NCBI GenBank assembly: GCA_963662275.1
Contig: OY759316.1
Coordinates: 4,128,001-4,192,000 of the forward strand
Direction of reading: 5' to 3'
Source: Candidatus Cloacimonadales bacterium
GTDB taxonomy: Bacteria > Cloacimonadota > Cloacimonadia > Cloacimonadales > DAONDQ01
Length of the DNA: 64,000 nt
This document shows, piece by piece, positions 8,496 to 16,176 of this stretch (within the stretch, counting starts at the first letter, position 1; each line of letters begins with the position of its first letter). The translations under genes were made by a program, and so were the position numbers. Below the pieces are notes generated by a model, which was not told the DNA's origin, ran no database searches, and saw nothing but the letters and a program-made list of their open reading frames with translations.

Positions 8496-10502
8496 CTATT
8501 TCACCAGCGTCAATATCTTATGTGCATTCTCCAGGAAACCATGCAATTCCTGACCATCAAAGCGTTTCTGCTCCAGCAGTGCTAATTCGTGAATGAAGTT
8601 ACACAATAACTGCACTTCCTCGTCATTCCCCTTAGCTTTCAAATCAAGGATACGCTTGACCGTTGGATTTTCTGCATTCAAAACGAGGGTATGATTCTTC
8701 AGGAAATCATTACCTTCTTTATGCATCATACTATTCATCTCTTGAAAGCGTCTCATGAATTCTTCAAATATAATCATACCTGGGATAGAATCTGTGCGCA
8801 GGTGCTTGATTTCAACTTTTACATTGGGGTATGCCTGATCCACAATTTCCTTGAATGCATCTTTGCCAATCGTCTCCCGAACTGCTGCTGATAATGCATA
8901 AGGATGGATATATGTCATATCATCATTGACCGTAATCTGGCTTGCCAAAGACTCTGCCACAACAGGATACTTCTCAATGAGTTTTGCATAACGATCTTTA
9001 CTGAATGCAGACTTAAAATCATCATTCAATGCCAGGGAGAAAATCTCTTTCAGCTTATCGGAATCTGACTCATCGTTCAAATCGACTAAATCCGCTTTAT
9101 CTTTATCCACTAAATTTTCATTGATCTCAGAATCCACACGCACAAACCGCAGTTCATGGTCTTTCATTTCCAGGCTCTGGAACAGATGCGCATCCATCGG
9201 AGAAGTTGCATAGATCACTTCAATGCCCTGTTCCTTCAATAATTGGAGATAGGTCACTTGTGTATGTTCACTGGGCGCATAATAGACCTTTTGCGGCTTT
9301 TCCTGGCTGGTAATACGGGATTTGTATTCTTCTAATGTTACATATTCACCATTGCTGGATTTAAAGATGATCGTGGATTGCAGTGCATTGAAGAAATCCT
9401 CATTGGTTAGTAATCCGTATTTTATGAAATTACTGATATCATCCCAATAAGTCTCAAACTTCTTCCGGTCATTGGTAAATGTGTCCATAAAGTGGTCAGA
9501 AACCTTCTTCACGATGTATTTGGACATCTGCTGTACCATTTTATCATTCTGCAGGAAACTGCGTGATACATTCAACGGGATGTCAGGAATATCAATTCCG
9601 CCTTTCAACAATAAAAGGAATTCAGGGATCAGATCTTTGAGGTTATCTGCAACGAAGACATTATTGCAGAAGAGCTTTACTTCCCCGCGATTGATATCGA
9701 GTTCATTCTTGATCTTTGGAAAATAGAGAATCCCTTTCAGCGGATTTGGGAAATCAATATTCAAGTGAATCCAGAATAACGGATCTTCATAATCATGGAA
9801 GTAGGAGCGATAGAATTCACGATATTCTTCTTCAGTCACATCTTTGGGCAGTCTATTCCACAGCGCTTCTTTCTGATTCACCTGTTTATCTTCAAACATG
9901 ATCGGATAAGGCATGAAATTACAGTACTTTTCTAATATCTCTCTTATCTTTTCCGGTTTCAGATAGTCATCTGATTCTTTATTCAAAAAAATGGTGACTG
10001 TTGTTCCAATTGTATCTCGAGTACCTTTTTTCATCGTATAATCAGTAGAACCATCACATTCCCAAAATGCAGGTTCAGAACCTTCCTGGTAAGAAAGAGT
10101 ATCGATTGTAACTTTCTCTGCAACCATAAATGAAGAATAGAATCCCAGCCCAAAATGACCAATGATGTTCGCCTGCACATCTTTGTATTTTTCCACGAAA
10201 TCCTCTGCACCGGAAAAGGCAATCTGATTAATGTATTTCTTCACTTCTTCAGCCGTCATACCGATACCGGCATCAGAAACCTGCAGCGTTCTTTTCTTCG
10301 CATCGAGCTTAATCGTTATTTTAAGAGTTTCTGCATCGAAATCAGTTTGCGCATATTTGCGTTTATTCATGGCATCGATGGCATTTGATACCAATTCTCT
10401 CAAAAAGATATCATGTTCGGAATACAGCCATTTCTTGATGATAGGGAATATATTCTCAGTATGGATCGATAATGACCCTTTTTCTTTTGGTTTGGCAGCC
10501 AT
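8496..10502 (-). CDS. htpG: Molecular chaperone HtpG (Hsp90)
   Basis: IFLRELVSNAIDA, DAGIGM, IGHFGLGFYSSF, DIPLNVSRSFLQ; start moved to ATG 10502 behind an AAGGAG RBS. Confidence 0.96.
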   Translation of the reverse strand: MAAKPKEKGSLSIHTENIFPIIKKWLYSEHDIFLRELVSNAIDAMNKRKYAQTDFDAETLKITIKLDAKKRTLQVSDAGIGMTAEEVKKYINQIAFSGAEDFVEKYKDVQANIIGHFGLGFYSSFMVAEKVTIDTLSYQEGSEPAFWECDGSTDYTMKKGTRDTIGTTVTIFLNKESDDYLKPEKIREILEKYCNFMPYPIMFEDKQVNQKEALWNRLPKDVTEEEYREFYRSYFHDYEDPLFWIHLNIDFPNPLKGILYFPKIKNELDINRGEVKLFCNNVFVADNLKDLIPEFLLLLKGGIDIPDIPLNVSRSFLQNDKMVQQMSKYIVKKVSDHFMDTFTNDRKKFETYWDDISNFIKYGLLTNEDFFNALQSTIIFKSSNGEYVTLEEYKSRITSQEKPQKVYYAPSEHTQVTYLQLLKEQGIEVIYATSPMDAHLFQSLEMKDHELRFVRVDSEINENLVDKDKADLVDLNDESDSDKLKEIFSLALNDDFKSAFSKDRYAKLIEKYPVVAESLASQITVNDDMTYIHPYALSAAVRETIGKDAFKEIVDQAYPNVKVEIKHLRTDSIPGMIIFEEFMRRFQEMNSMMHKEGNDFLKNHTLVLNAENPTVKRILDLKAKGNDEEVQLLCNFIHELALLEQKRFDGQELHGFLENAHKILTLVK

Positions 10503-10532
10503 AATTTTCTCCTTGTTGGGATTTGTTTTGCC

Positions 10533-10592
10533 GTAGGGGTTCGCGTCAGCAAACCCGTTCTTCACCCGTAGGGGTTCGCGGCAGCAAACCCT
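10533..10592 (+). repeat. Tandem pair of GTAG-type palindromes in the htpG leader
   Basis: GTAGGGGTTCGCG(T/G)CAGCAAACCC at 10533 and 10568. Confidence 0.65.
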
Positions 10593-10641
10593 TTTTTCTT
10601 CGTACACGCAAATCCATCTGCTATGTTTTAATTATGAACAT

Positions 10642-10670
10642 AATTTATTGAGAGGTGGAAATTCTGTCAA
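10642..10670 (-). promoter_or_regulatory. sigma70-type promoter of htpG
   Basis: TTGACA-N17-TAAATT next to the CIRCE. Confidence 0.65.
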
Positions 10671-10677
10671 TATGTTT

Positions 10678-10704
10678 TTAGCAGTCATGTCGCATGAGTG
10701 CTAA
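10678..10704. promoter_or_regulatory. CIRCE (HrcA operator)
   Basis: TTAGCAGTC-N9-GAGTGCTAA, one mismatch to consensus TTAGCACTC-N9-GAGTGCTAA, upstream of htpG. Confidence 0.88.
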
Positions 10705-10782
10705 CATATACATGAAACAGTCTAAGCTTCGTGGTGTTTTTCCCTTTTTTTCCCAGTTTGAAATACAAGGAGAAATTTTTTC

Positions 10783-10936
10783 CATAAAGCTGGGAGTTTG
10801 GAGTTTACCTGAAAGCTAAGAGTTTGGAATTCAAATTTCCTTCGAATCTACTACGACTTCTCAAGTAATAGGAAATTCGGACTTCAAAATCAACATTTTC
10901 ATCCTCGGTAGCGAAAATTCTTTTCTGGGAAGTTCA
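10783..10936 (+). repeat. Modular intergenic repeat, family B
   Basis: AAAGCT...GAAAGCTAAGAG-[central hairpin]-TTTCATCCTCGGTAGCGAAAA...GGGAAGTTCA; other copies at 15146, 15971, 40534(-), 42400, 55404(-). Confidence 0.75.
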
Positions 10937-10993
10937 AAATCGACAGGGCAGTTCTTTTCTTGACTGCAAGCTGCAAGCTGCAAGCTGTAAGCT

Positions 10994-11047
10994 CACCTGT
11001 CACCTGTCACCTGTCACCTGTCACCTGTCACCTGTCACCTGTCACCT
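10994..11047 (+). repeat. (CACCTGT)7 heptamer tract
   Basis: Seven perfect units, preceded by CTGCAAG/CTGTAAG units. Confidence 0.95.
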
Positions 11048-11122
11048 TCTGCCACGAATATTTAATTTGACAAACTCAACAGTAAATGCAATTCTAAAAA
11101 TACATTTTCCTGGGAGGATGAT

Positions 11123-11449
11123 ATGACAGATGATCTGAATTTTACTGAACTACCGCCAATGCAGCCGCAAAGCACTTTGAACCGTGTGCAGTATATTGAA
11201 GATACCGATGTTTCGATCGGTGAATGGGTTGGAACGATGCTCCTTATGTGCATTCCATTGGTAAATGTTATCATGCTCTTTATCTGGGCATTCGATAGTA
11301 CAGCAAAACTGAGCAAATCTAACTGGGCAAAAGCAACCCTGATCTTTGGCGGAATTTCTATCTTCGTTGGAATTTTCTGCGCCATCCTCTTTGGCTCTCT
11401 CTTCTCGTCATTGCTTGGCAGTTCCGGTCTTCCCTCCAGCTTTTATTGA
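11123..11449 (+). CDS. Small membrane protein, copy 1
   Basis: GGAGG RBS; VSIGEWVGTMLLMCIPLVNVIMLFIWAF...KSNWAKA with two hydrophobic stretches. Confidence 0.8.
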   Translation: MTDDLNFTELPPMQPQSTLNRVQYIEDTDVSIGEWVGTMLLMCIPLVNVIMLFIWAFDSTAKLSKSNWAKATLIFGGISIFVGIFCAILFGSLFSSLLGSSGLPSSFY

Positions 11450-11647
11450 TTTTACTAGTTGTGGAGTAAGATTCCGATCTTACTGAAAACTATCTTATTG
11501 TAAAGTAAGACGCCGTTCTTACTATCTGGTCAGTGTAGAGAAAAACACCTATCATACTCTACATTACTTTGTACTTTCTTTGAAAGCCTGCTGTTTTGCT
11601 ATCTTCCCTGTTAGCTGTAAGCTGTTAGCTGTCAGCTATACTCTTCG

Positions 11648-11917
11648 CTACTTCACCTTCATCATCTTTTTAGTATTACTGTACCCCGGTTTATCCACTT
11701 TGCAGAAATAGACACCCGATGCCGTTGATTTGCCGTTATCATCCAAACCATTCCAGGTGAGTTGAATCGTACCGGCACACATTTTACCCGCTGCCAGTGT
11801 TTTAACCTGCTGCCCGCGGATATTATAGATATTGATAACGATGTCATCAGGGGAAGGCAAATCAAATTCTATCTTTGTGTTTTCCCGGAAAGGATTGGGG
11901 TAAATCCTGATATGCAT
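11648..11917 (-). pseudogene. Orphan FlgD-Ig/T9SS-type C-terminal sorting domain (gene remnant)
   Basis: 11648-11913 is near-identical to 16177-16442, the 3' end of the 783-aa gene; no signal peptide or passenger domain. Confidence 0.8.
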
Positions 11918-11985
11918 GAATTCGTTTAAGATTTATCATGTTAATAAATATGATATTTATGTTAACCTCTATTTTCTTCTAAGAT

Positions 11986-13008
11986 TTAGAGCTTTGGCTT
12001 TGATAAATCAAATAGCATTTTCATCATCTCAGGAATTGAAAACCCAACATAGAAAGCATTGAATTTATTAGAATCATTGAGGAAAGCTCCCAAGCATATC
12101 ATTTTGATATCTGCTCCTTGCTTACCACTACCACTAAAGACGTCACTTCGTAATAAACCAATACCAAAACCATAACCGATATTTTTCCCTTCATTATCTT
12201 GCCATAATGCTAATTGACCTTCAAAATTTCGACAAATGGGATCACGGCTACCAACTCTAAGAACAGGGGTTGTTAGTATAAAAGCTTCATTCTTACCAGA
12301 TTTGAGATTAACATCAATTGTTGATGTGTAACTGAGTGTAGTATATTGTAAACCGGAAAAGAGGTTTTGCCAAGATGCAAATGAAAAGCCAGTTAGATCA
12401 ACTAAAAGAATTGTACCATAATGTCTTATATTGACTGTAAATTTACTATCCGGATGTGATTCATTGTTTGATTCACTAATACTGACACTAGCACGCCAAT
12501 GTACTACGATTTCAGCACTCAGAGTATTTATGTTACTTAGAGTAATTTTGCTTCTAACATTTTCGGAGATTAGAGAAGGTTCATCTGTGTCTCCATTTAA
12601 GACTTTAATTGGGAATATCGCACCTTCTCCAGCATCTTCGTAATTAACGAAACTAATTATATTTTTATCATTGTAATATGTAACACCTTCAAGCGTGCAA
12701 ATAATATCAACAGATTCAACATTTTCCCAAAAGTTCCATGCCTCAAAAGGCTTTGTCGAGTTAGTTTTCCGGATAATCAAATCAATTTTTTCATTTGTTC
12801 CAACTTCGACAAATTTCCCTGAAGGAATTCGATTTGGTACTTTTTCAACTCCATAGTTAGCTACTTCACTGTCTATTAGTAATTCGCATACGAAAAATCT
12901 TGAAGAAGTTGGATTTAGAATATTTTGATGAGTTTGAGCCAACAAAGCTGTTGAATTAAGAGTTAAAAACAAAAATACAATAGCAAGAAACAAACGATTA
13001 ATTACCAT
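11986..13008 (-). CDS. Hypothetical secreted protein (AT-rich insert)
   Basis: 340-aa ORF with signal peptide; GAGGAGG RBS overlapping the upstream ORF. Confidence 0.7.
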   Translation of the reverse strand: MVINRLFLAIVFLFLTLNSTALLAQTHQNILNPTSSRFFVCELLIDSEVANYGVEKVPNRIPSGKFVEVGTNEKIDLIIRKTNSTKPFEAWNFWENVESVDIICTLEGVTYYNDKNIISFVNYEDAGEGAIFPIKVLNGDTDEPSLISENVRSKITLSNINTLSAEIVVHWRASVSISESNNESHPDSKFTVNIRHYGTILLVDLTGFSFASWQNLFSGLQYTTLSYTSTIDVNLKSGKNEAFILTTPVLRVGSRDPICRNFEGQLALWQDNEGKNIGYGFGIGLLRSDVFSGSGKQGADIKMICLGAFLNDSNKFNAFYVGFSIPEMMKMLFDLSKPKL

Positions 13009-13757
13009 TTTACCTCCTCTAGCTTATAGTAAGTAACTTCCATAGTGATTTCCCAAATATGGGAGTTTTTCTGAATAATGCTAAAACTTCGCCTAATTTC
13101 ATGAAGTTTATCATGACTGTCAATATAATCATCAGCTAGATGTAATACATGATTTACAGCTCCAAAAAAACCTTCTGAGGTAGCAGTAAATGATTCCGTA
13201 AAATCAGAAGAAACAGGTGGATTGTATAAATTTCGAACAACAAATATATGATACTTGTGATTTGGAGTGAAAGTAGATGGATTGCTATATTCTATAACCT
13301 CAATTTTTGAGACTGGGAAATTATCATCCATTACAAAATACCACCTGATAGGTCTCTGGTTTCCATGAGAAGTATTTGAATACAGATCCTCATCAGGAAA
13401 ATATACATCCCGAAAACAACCCCTTGCTTTAAAAAAAGCATATCTAGATGACCACGGATACATTCTTGTTGAACCAAGGAAATCAATGATATTTTCAGGA
13501 ATCTTTTCAGAACTTCCTTCAGTATCACTACAAAAAATGAACTCATTAGATATTCTCCTATGTTGTTCAAACACAATTCTAGTGCCTGATACTATTATGT
13601 AAGATTTAGAGTTCATTTTCTGTGTTTGTAAGTTTGATAAATACATTAAAATGAGGGCAATTACAATAGCAAACACAATTTGTATAACAACAATCTGTAA
13701 AACAACAATTTTTGGTTCTAAGTTTTTATGCTGCTTAATTTTCACATCTCCCCCCAT
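13002..13757 (-). CDS. Hypothetical N-terminally anchored membrane protein
   Basis: 251-aa ORF, one N-terminal TM segment, overlaps the next ORF by 7 nt; start could be the GTG just after the GGGGGAG RBS-like run. Confidence 0.65.
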   Translation of the reverse strand: MGGDVKIKQHKNLEPKIVVLQIVVIQIVFAIVIALILMYLSNLQTQKMNSKSYIIVSGTRIVFEQHRRISNEFIFCSDTEGSSEKIPENIIDFLGSTRMYPWSSRYAFFKARGCFRDVYFPDEDLYSNTSHGNQRPIRWYFVMDDNFPVSKIEVIEYSNPSTFTPNHKYHIFVVRNLYNPPVSSDFTESFTATSEGFFGAVNHVLHLADDYIDSHDKLHEIRRSFSIIQKNSHIWEITMEVTYYKLEEVKW

Positions 13758-14245
13758 ATTTGAGAACTGCTAAATCGATCATATATAAATAATGCATTAC
13801 TAATTATGCTACAATAACTATAAACTTTTAAATACATGTCAACTTAAATATCTCCCTGATAGTAAGACTATACTTCTTTTATTATTAGTTTATAAAACTT
13901 TATTATATAGCTTTTGCGCTTATATAAGAAGAATATAGTGAAGATTGAAGAAATATAAAAAATATTAAATATTGCTATTAAAGATTTGCTGATGGATTTA
14001 CCTCCGCAAATTCCTATTTTGCCAATCTTTTCCATCTTTCATCTCCCATTCTACTATATCCTCTCTATATCTGCCTTTCAACCCTTCGCACTTCGAACTT
14101 CGAACTTCGCACTTTAGATTTATTTTTGTAATTTCAAAAATAAATCACAATGCTCCCTCGATTTTGCCAAAAAGCTCCCTCCTATATATATATGAAGGGT
14201 ATAAAATAAAACAGAAAATACATGAAGATGCCAAAAACTTCCAGA

Positions 14246-14282
14246 GGATGCTTTATGGATGCTTTATGGATGCTTTATGGAT
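14246..14282 (+). repeat. (GGATGCTTTAT)3 11-bp tandem repeat
   Basis: Three perfect units plus a partial unit, upstream of the 152-aa ORF. Confidence 0.85.
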
Positions 14283-14340
14283 CGAGGATGTATGTTTTAT
14301 TTTGAACCCGGATTAATAAATAAAAATTAGGAGAAACATC

Positions 14341-14799
14341 ATGAAAACCAAATTCACGAATTGCGTTAAAGCCTTCTACGGAAGATTTAAATCACAGGGA
14401 CTTGTTCACTGCAAATACAACCAGGGCAGTCTGGTCATAACCCGGAAATATCCGGTTCTGGAAATCCAGGAACATCATCATACTTTCGGAAATAAAGGTA
14501 AGAATCTCGCAGCTTTGTTCCATACTCTTTCCCCGGAATATGTTGCTGATCTGAAAAACTATACTGTCCTTCTGAGCCGGACAACCAATCTCAATGAAAA
14601 ATTACCTGCTACACATTATGCTGTCTATCTTGCCATGATGTGGAAATTGAAACATCTACATCCAGAGATTGATATGGCAACTCTTACAAGAGAAGATATT
14701 CTGCAGAATGAATTTCCTGTAAGAACTATCGTAGAGGCAATGGAGGCAGGGTTTTTGATGCAAATTGTAGAAGCGTCAATGTTAATACATGAAATGTGA
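14341..14799 (+). CDS. Hypothetical protein (basic N-terminus)
   Basis: 152-aa ORF with AGGAG RBS. Confidence 0.7.
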   Translation: MKTKFTNCVKAFYGRFKSQGLVHCKYNQGSLVITRKYPVLEIQEHHHTFGNKGKNLAALFHTLSPEYVADLKNYTVLLSRTTNLNEKLPATHYAVYLAMMWKLKHLHPEIDMATLTREDILQNEFPVRTIVEAMEAGFLMQIVEASMLIHEM

Positions 14800-14924
14800 T
14801 CCTCTGGCAATCCTCCTTTTAGATAAATAGAGCGATGCACTGAGCTTGTCGAAGTGATGTCTCGGAGTGACAGAAGGTTTGATGCTCTTCTCTATCCTGT
14901 CAGTTGTGACCTGTAAGCTTCTTC

Positions 14925-14959
14925 AAAAGGGGTTGGATTTGTAACCCAATCCCTTTTTT
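14925..14959. terminator. Bidirectional intrinsic terminator-like hairpin
   Basis: AAAAGGGGTTGG-loop-CCAATCCCTTTTTT. Confidence 0.6.
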
Positions 14960-15039
14960 CTTCGTACATGCAAATCCATCTGCTATGTTTTAATTATGAA
15001 CATAAATTATTGAAGGGTGGAAATTATGTCAATATGTTT

Positions 15040-15066
15040 TTAGCAGTCACGTCGTATGAGTGCTAA
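15040..15066. promoter_or_regulatory. Second CIRCE (duplicated, no chaperone gene downstream)
   Basis: TTAGCAGTC-acgtcgtat-GAGTGCTAA. Confidence 0.75.
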
Positions 15067-15356
15067 CATATACATGAAACAGTCTAAGCTTCGTGGTGTT
15101 TTTTCCCTTTTTTTCCCAGTTTGAAATACAAGGAGAAATTTTTTCCATAAAGCTGGGAGTTTGGAGTTTACCTGAAAGCTAAGAGTTTGGAATTCAAATT
15201 TCCTTCGAATCTACTACGACTTCTCAAGTAATAGGAAATTCGGACTTCAAAATCAACATTTTCATCCTCGGTAGCGAAAATTCTTTTCTGGGAAGTTCAA
15301 AATCGACAGGGCAGTTCTTTTCTTGACTGCAAGCTGCAAGCTGCAAGCTGTAAGCT

Positions 15357-15438
15357 CACCTGTCACCTGTCACCTGTCACCTGTCACCTGTCACCTGTCA
15401 CCTGTCACCTGTCACCTGTCACCTGTCACCTGTCACCT
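15357..15438 (+). repeat. (CACCTGT)11 heptamer tract
   Basis: Eleven perfect units. Confidence 0.95.
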
Positions 15439-15513
15439 TCTGCCACGAATATTTAATTTGACAAACTCAACAGTAAATGCAATTCTAAAAATACATTTTC
15501 CTGGGAGGATGAT

Positions 15514-15840
15514 ATGACAGATGATCTGAATTTTACTGAACTACCGCCAATGCAGCCGCAAAGCACTTTGAACCGTGTGCAGTATATTGAAGATACCGAT
15601 GTTTCGATCGGTGAATGGGTTGGAACGATGCTCCTTATGTGCATTCCATTGGTAAATGTTATCATGCTCTTTATCTGGGCATTCGATAGTTCTGCAAAAC
15701 TGAGCAAATCTAACTGGGCAAAAGCATCTCTGATCTTTGGCGGAATTTCTATCTTCGTAGGGATTTTCTGCGCCATCCTCTTTGGCTCTCTCTTCTCGTC
15801 ATTGCTTGGCAGTTCCGGTCTTCCCTCCAGCTTTTATTGA
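15514..15840 (+). CDS. Small membrane protein, copy 2
   Basis: Differs from copy 1 at two residues (both T to S). Confidence 0.8.
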   Translation: MTDDLNFTELPPMQPQSTLNRVQYIEDTDVSIGEWVGTMLLMCIPLVNVIMLFIWAFDSSAKLSKSNWAKASLIFGGISIFVGIFCAILFGSLFSSLLGSSGLPSSFY

Positions 15841-16176
15841 TTTTACTAGTTGTGGAGTAAGATTCCGATCTTACTGAAAACTATCTTATTGTAAAGTAAG
15901 ACGCCGTTCTTACTATCTGGTCAGTGTAGAGAAAAACACCGATCATGCTCTACCTTACTTTGGACTTTCTATGAAAGCTGAGGATTTATGAAAGCTAAGA
16001 GTTTGGAGTTCAAATTTCCTTCGAATCTATTATAAAATTTAACTAATAGGAAATTCGGACTTCAAAATCGACCTTTCATCCTCGGTAGCGAAAATCATTA
16101 TCAGGGAAGTTCAGAAGTGACATCTTCTATTCTACAATTCGTAATTCATAATTCGTAATTAGAATCTCTGCTTCTT

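Larger units (their letters stand above)
10589..11587 (+). repeat. Direct duplication, copy 1 (about 1 kb)
   Basis: Near-identical to 14951-15978. Confidence 0.92.
14951..15978 (+). repeat. Direct duplication, copy 2
   Basis: Near-identical to 10589-11587, with four extra CACCTGT units and scattered substitutions. Confidence 0.92.

Noticed and set aside
10503..10607. N-terminal extension of HtpG in the ORF track
   Set aside because: It translates palindromic repeats; the RBS supports ATG 10502.
11062..11385. 107-aa antisense ORF (also 15453-15776) and ORF 15323-15517
   Set aside because: Shadows of the membrane gene and a translation of the heptamer tract.
10994..15438. CACCTGT tracts and REP clusters as CRISPR arrays
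   Set aside because: No constant repeat with unique, regularly sized spacers, and no cas genes.
10589..15978. Duplication as a pure assembly artefact
   Set aside because: The copies differ by multiple substitutions, repeat number and flanks; a strain chimera remains possible without reads.
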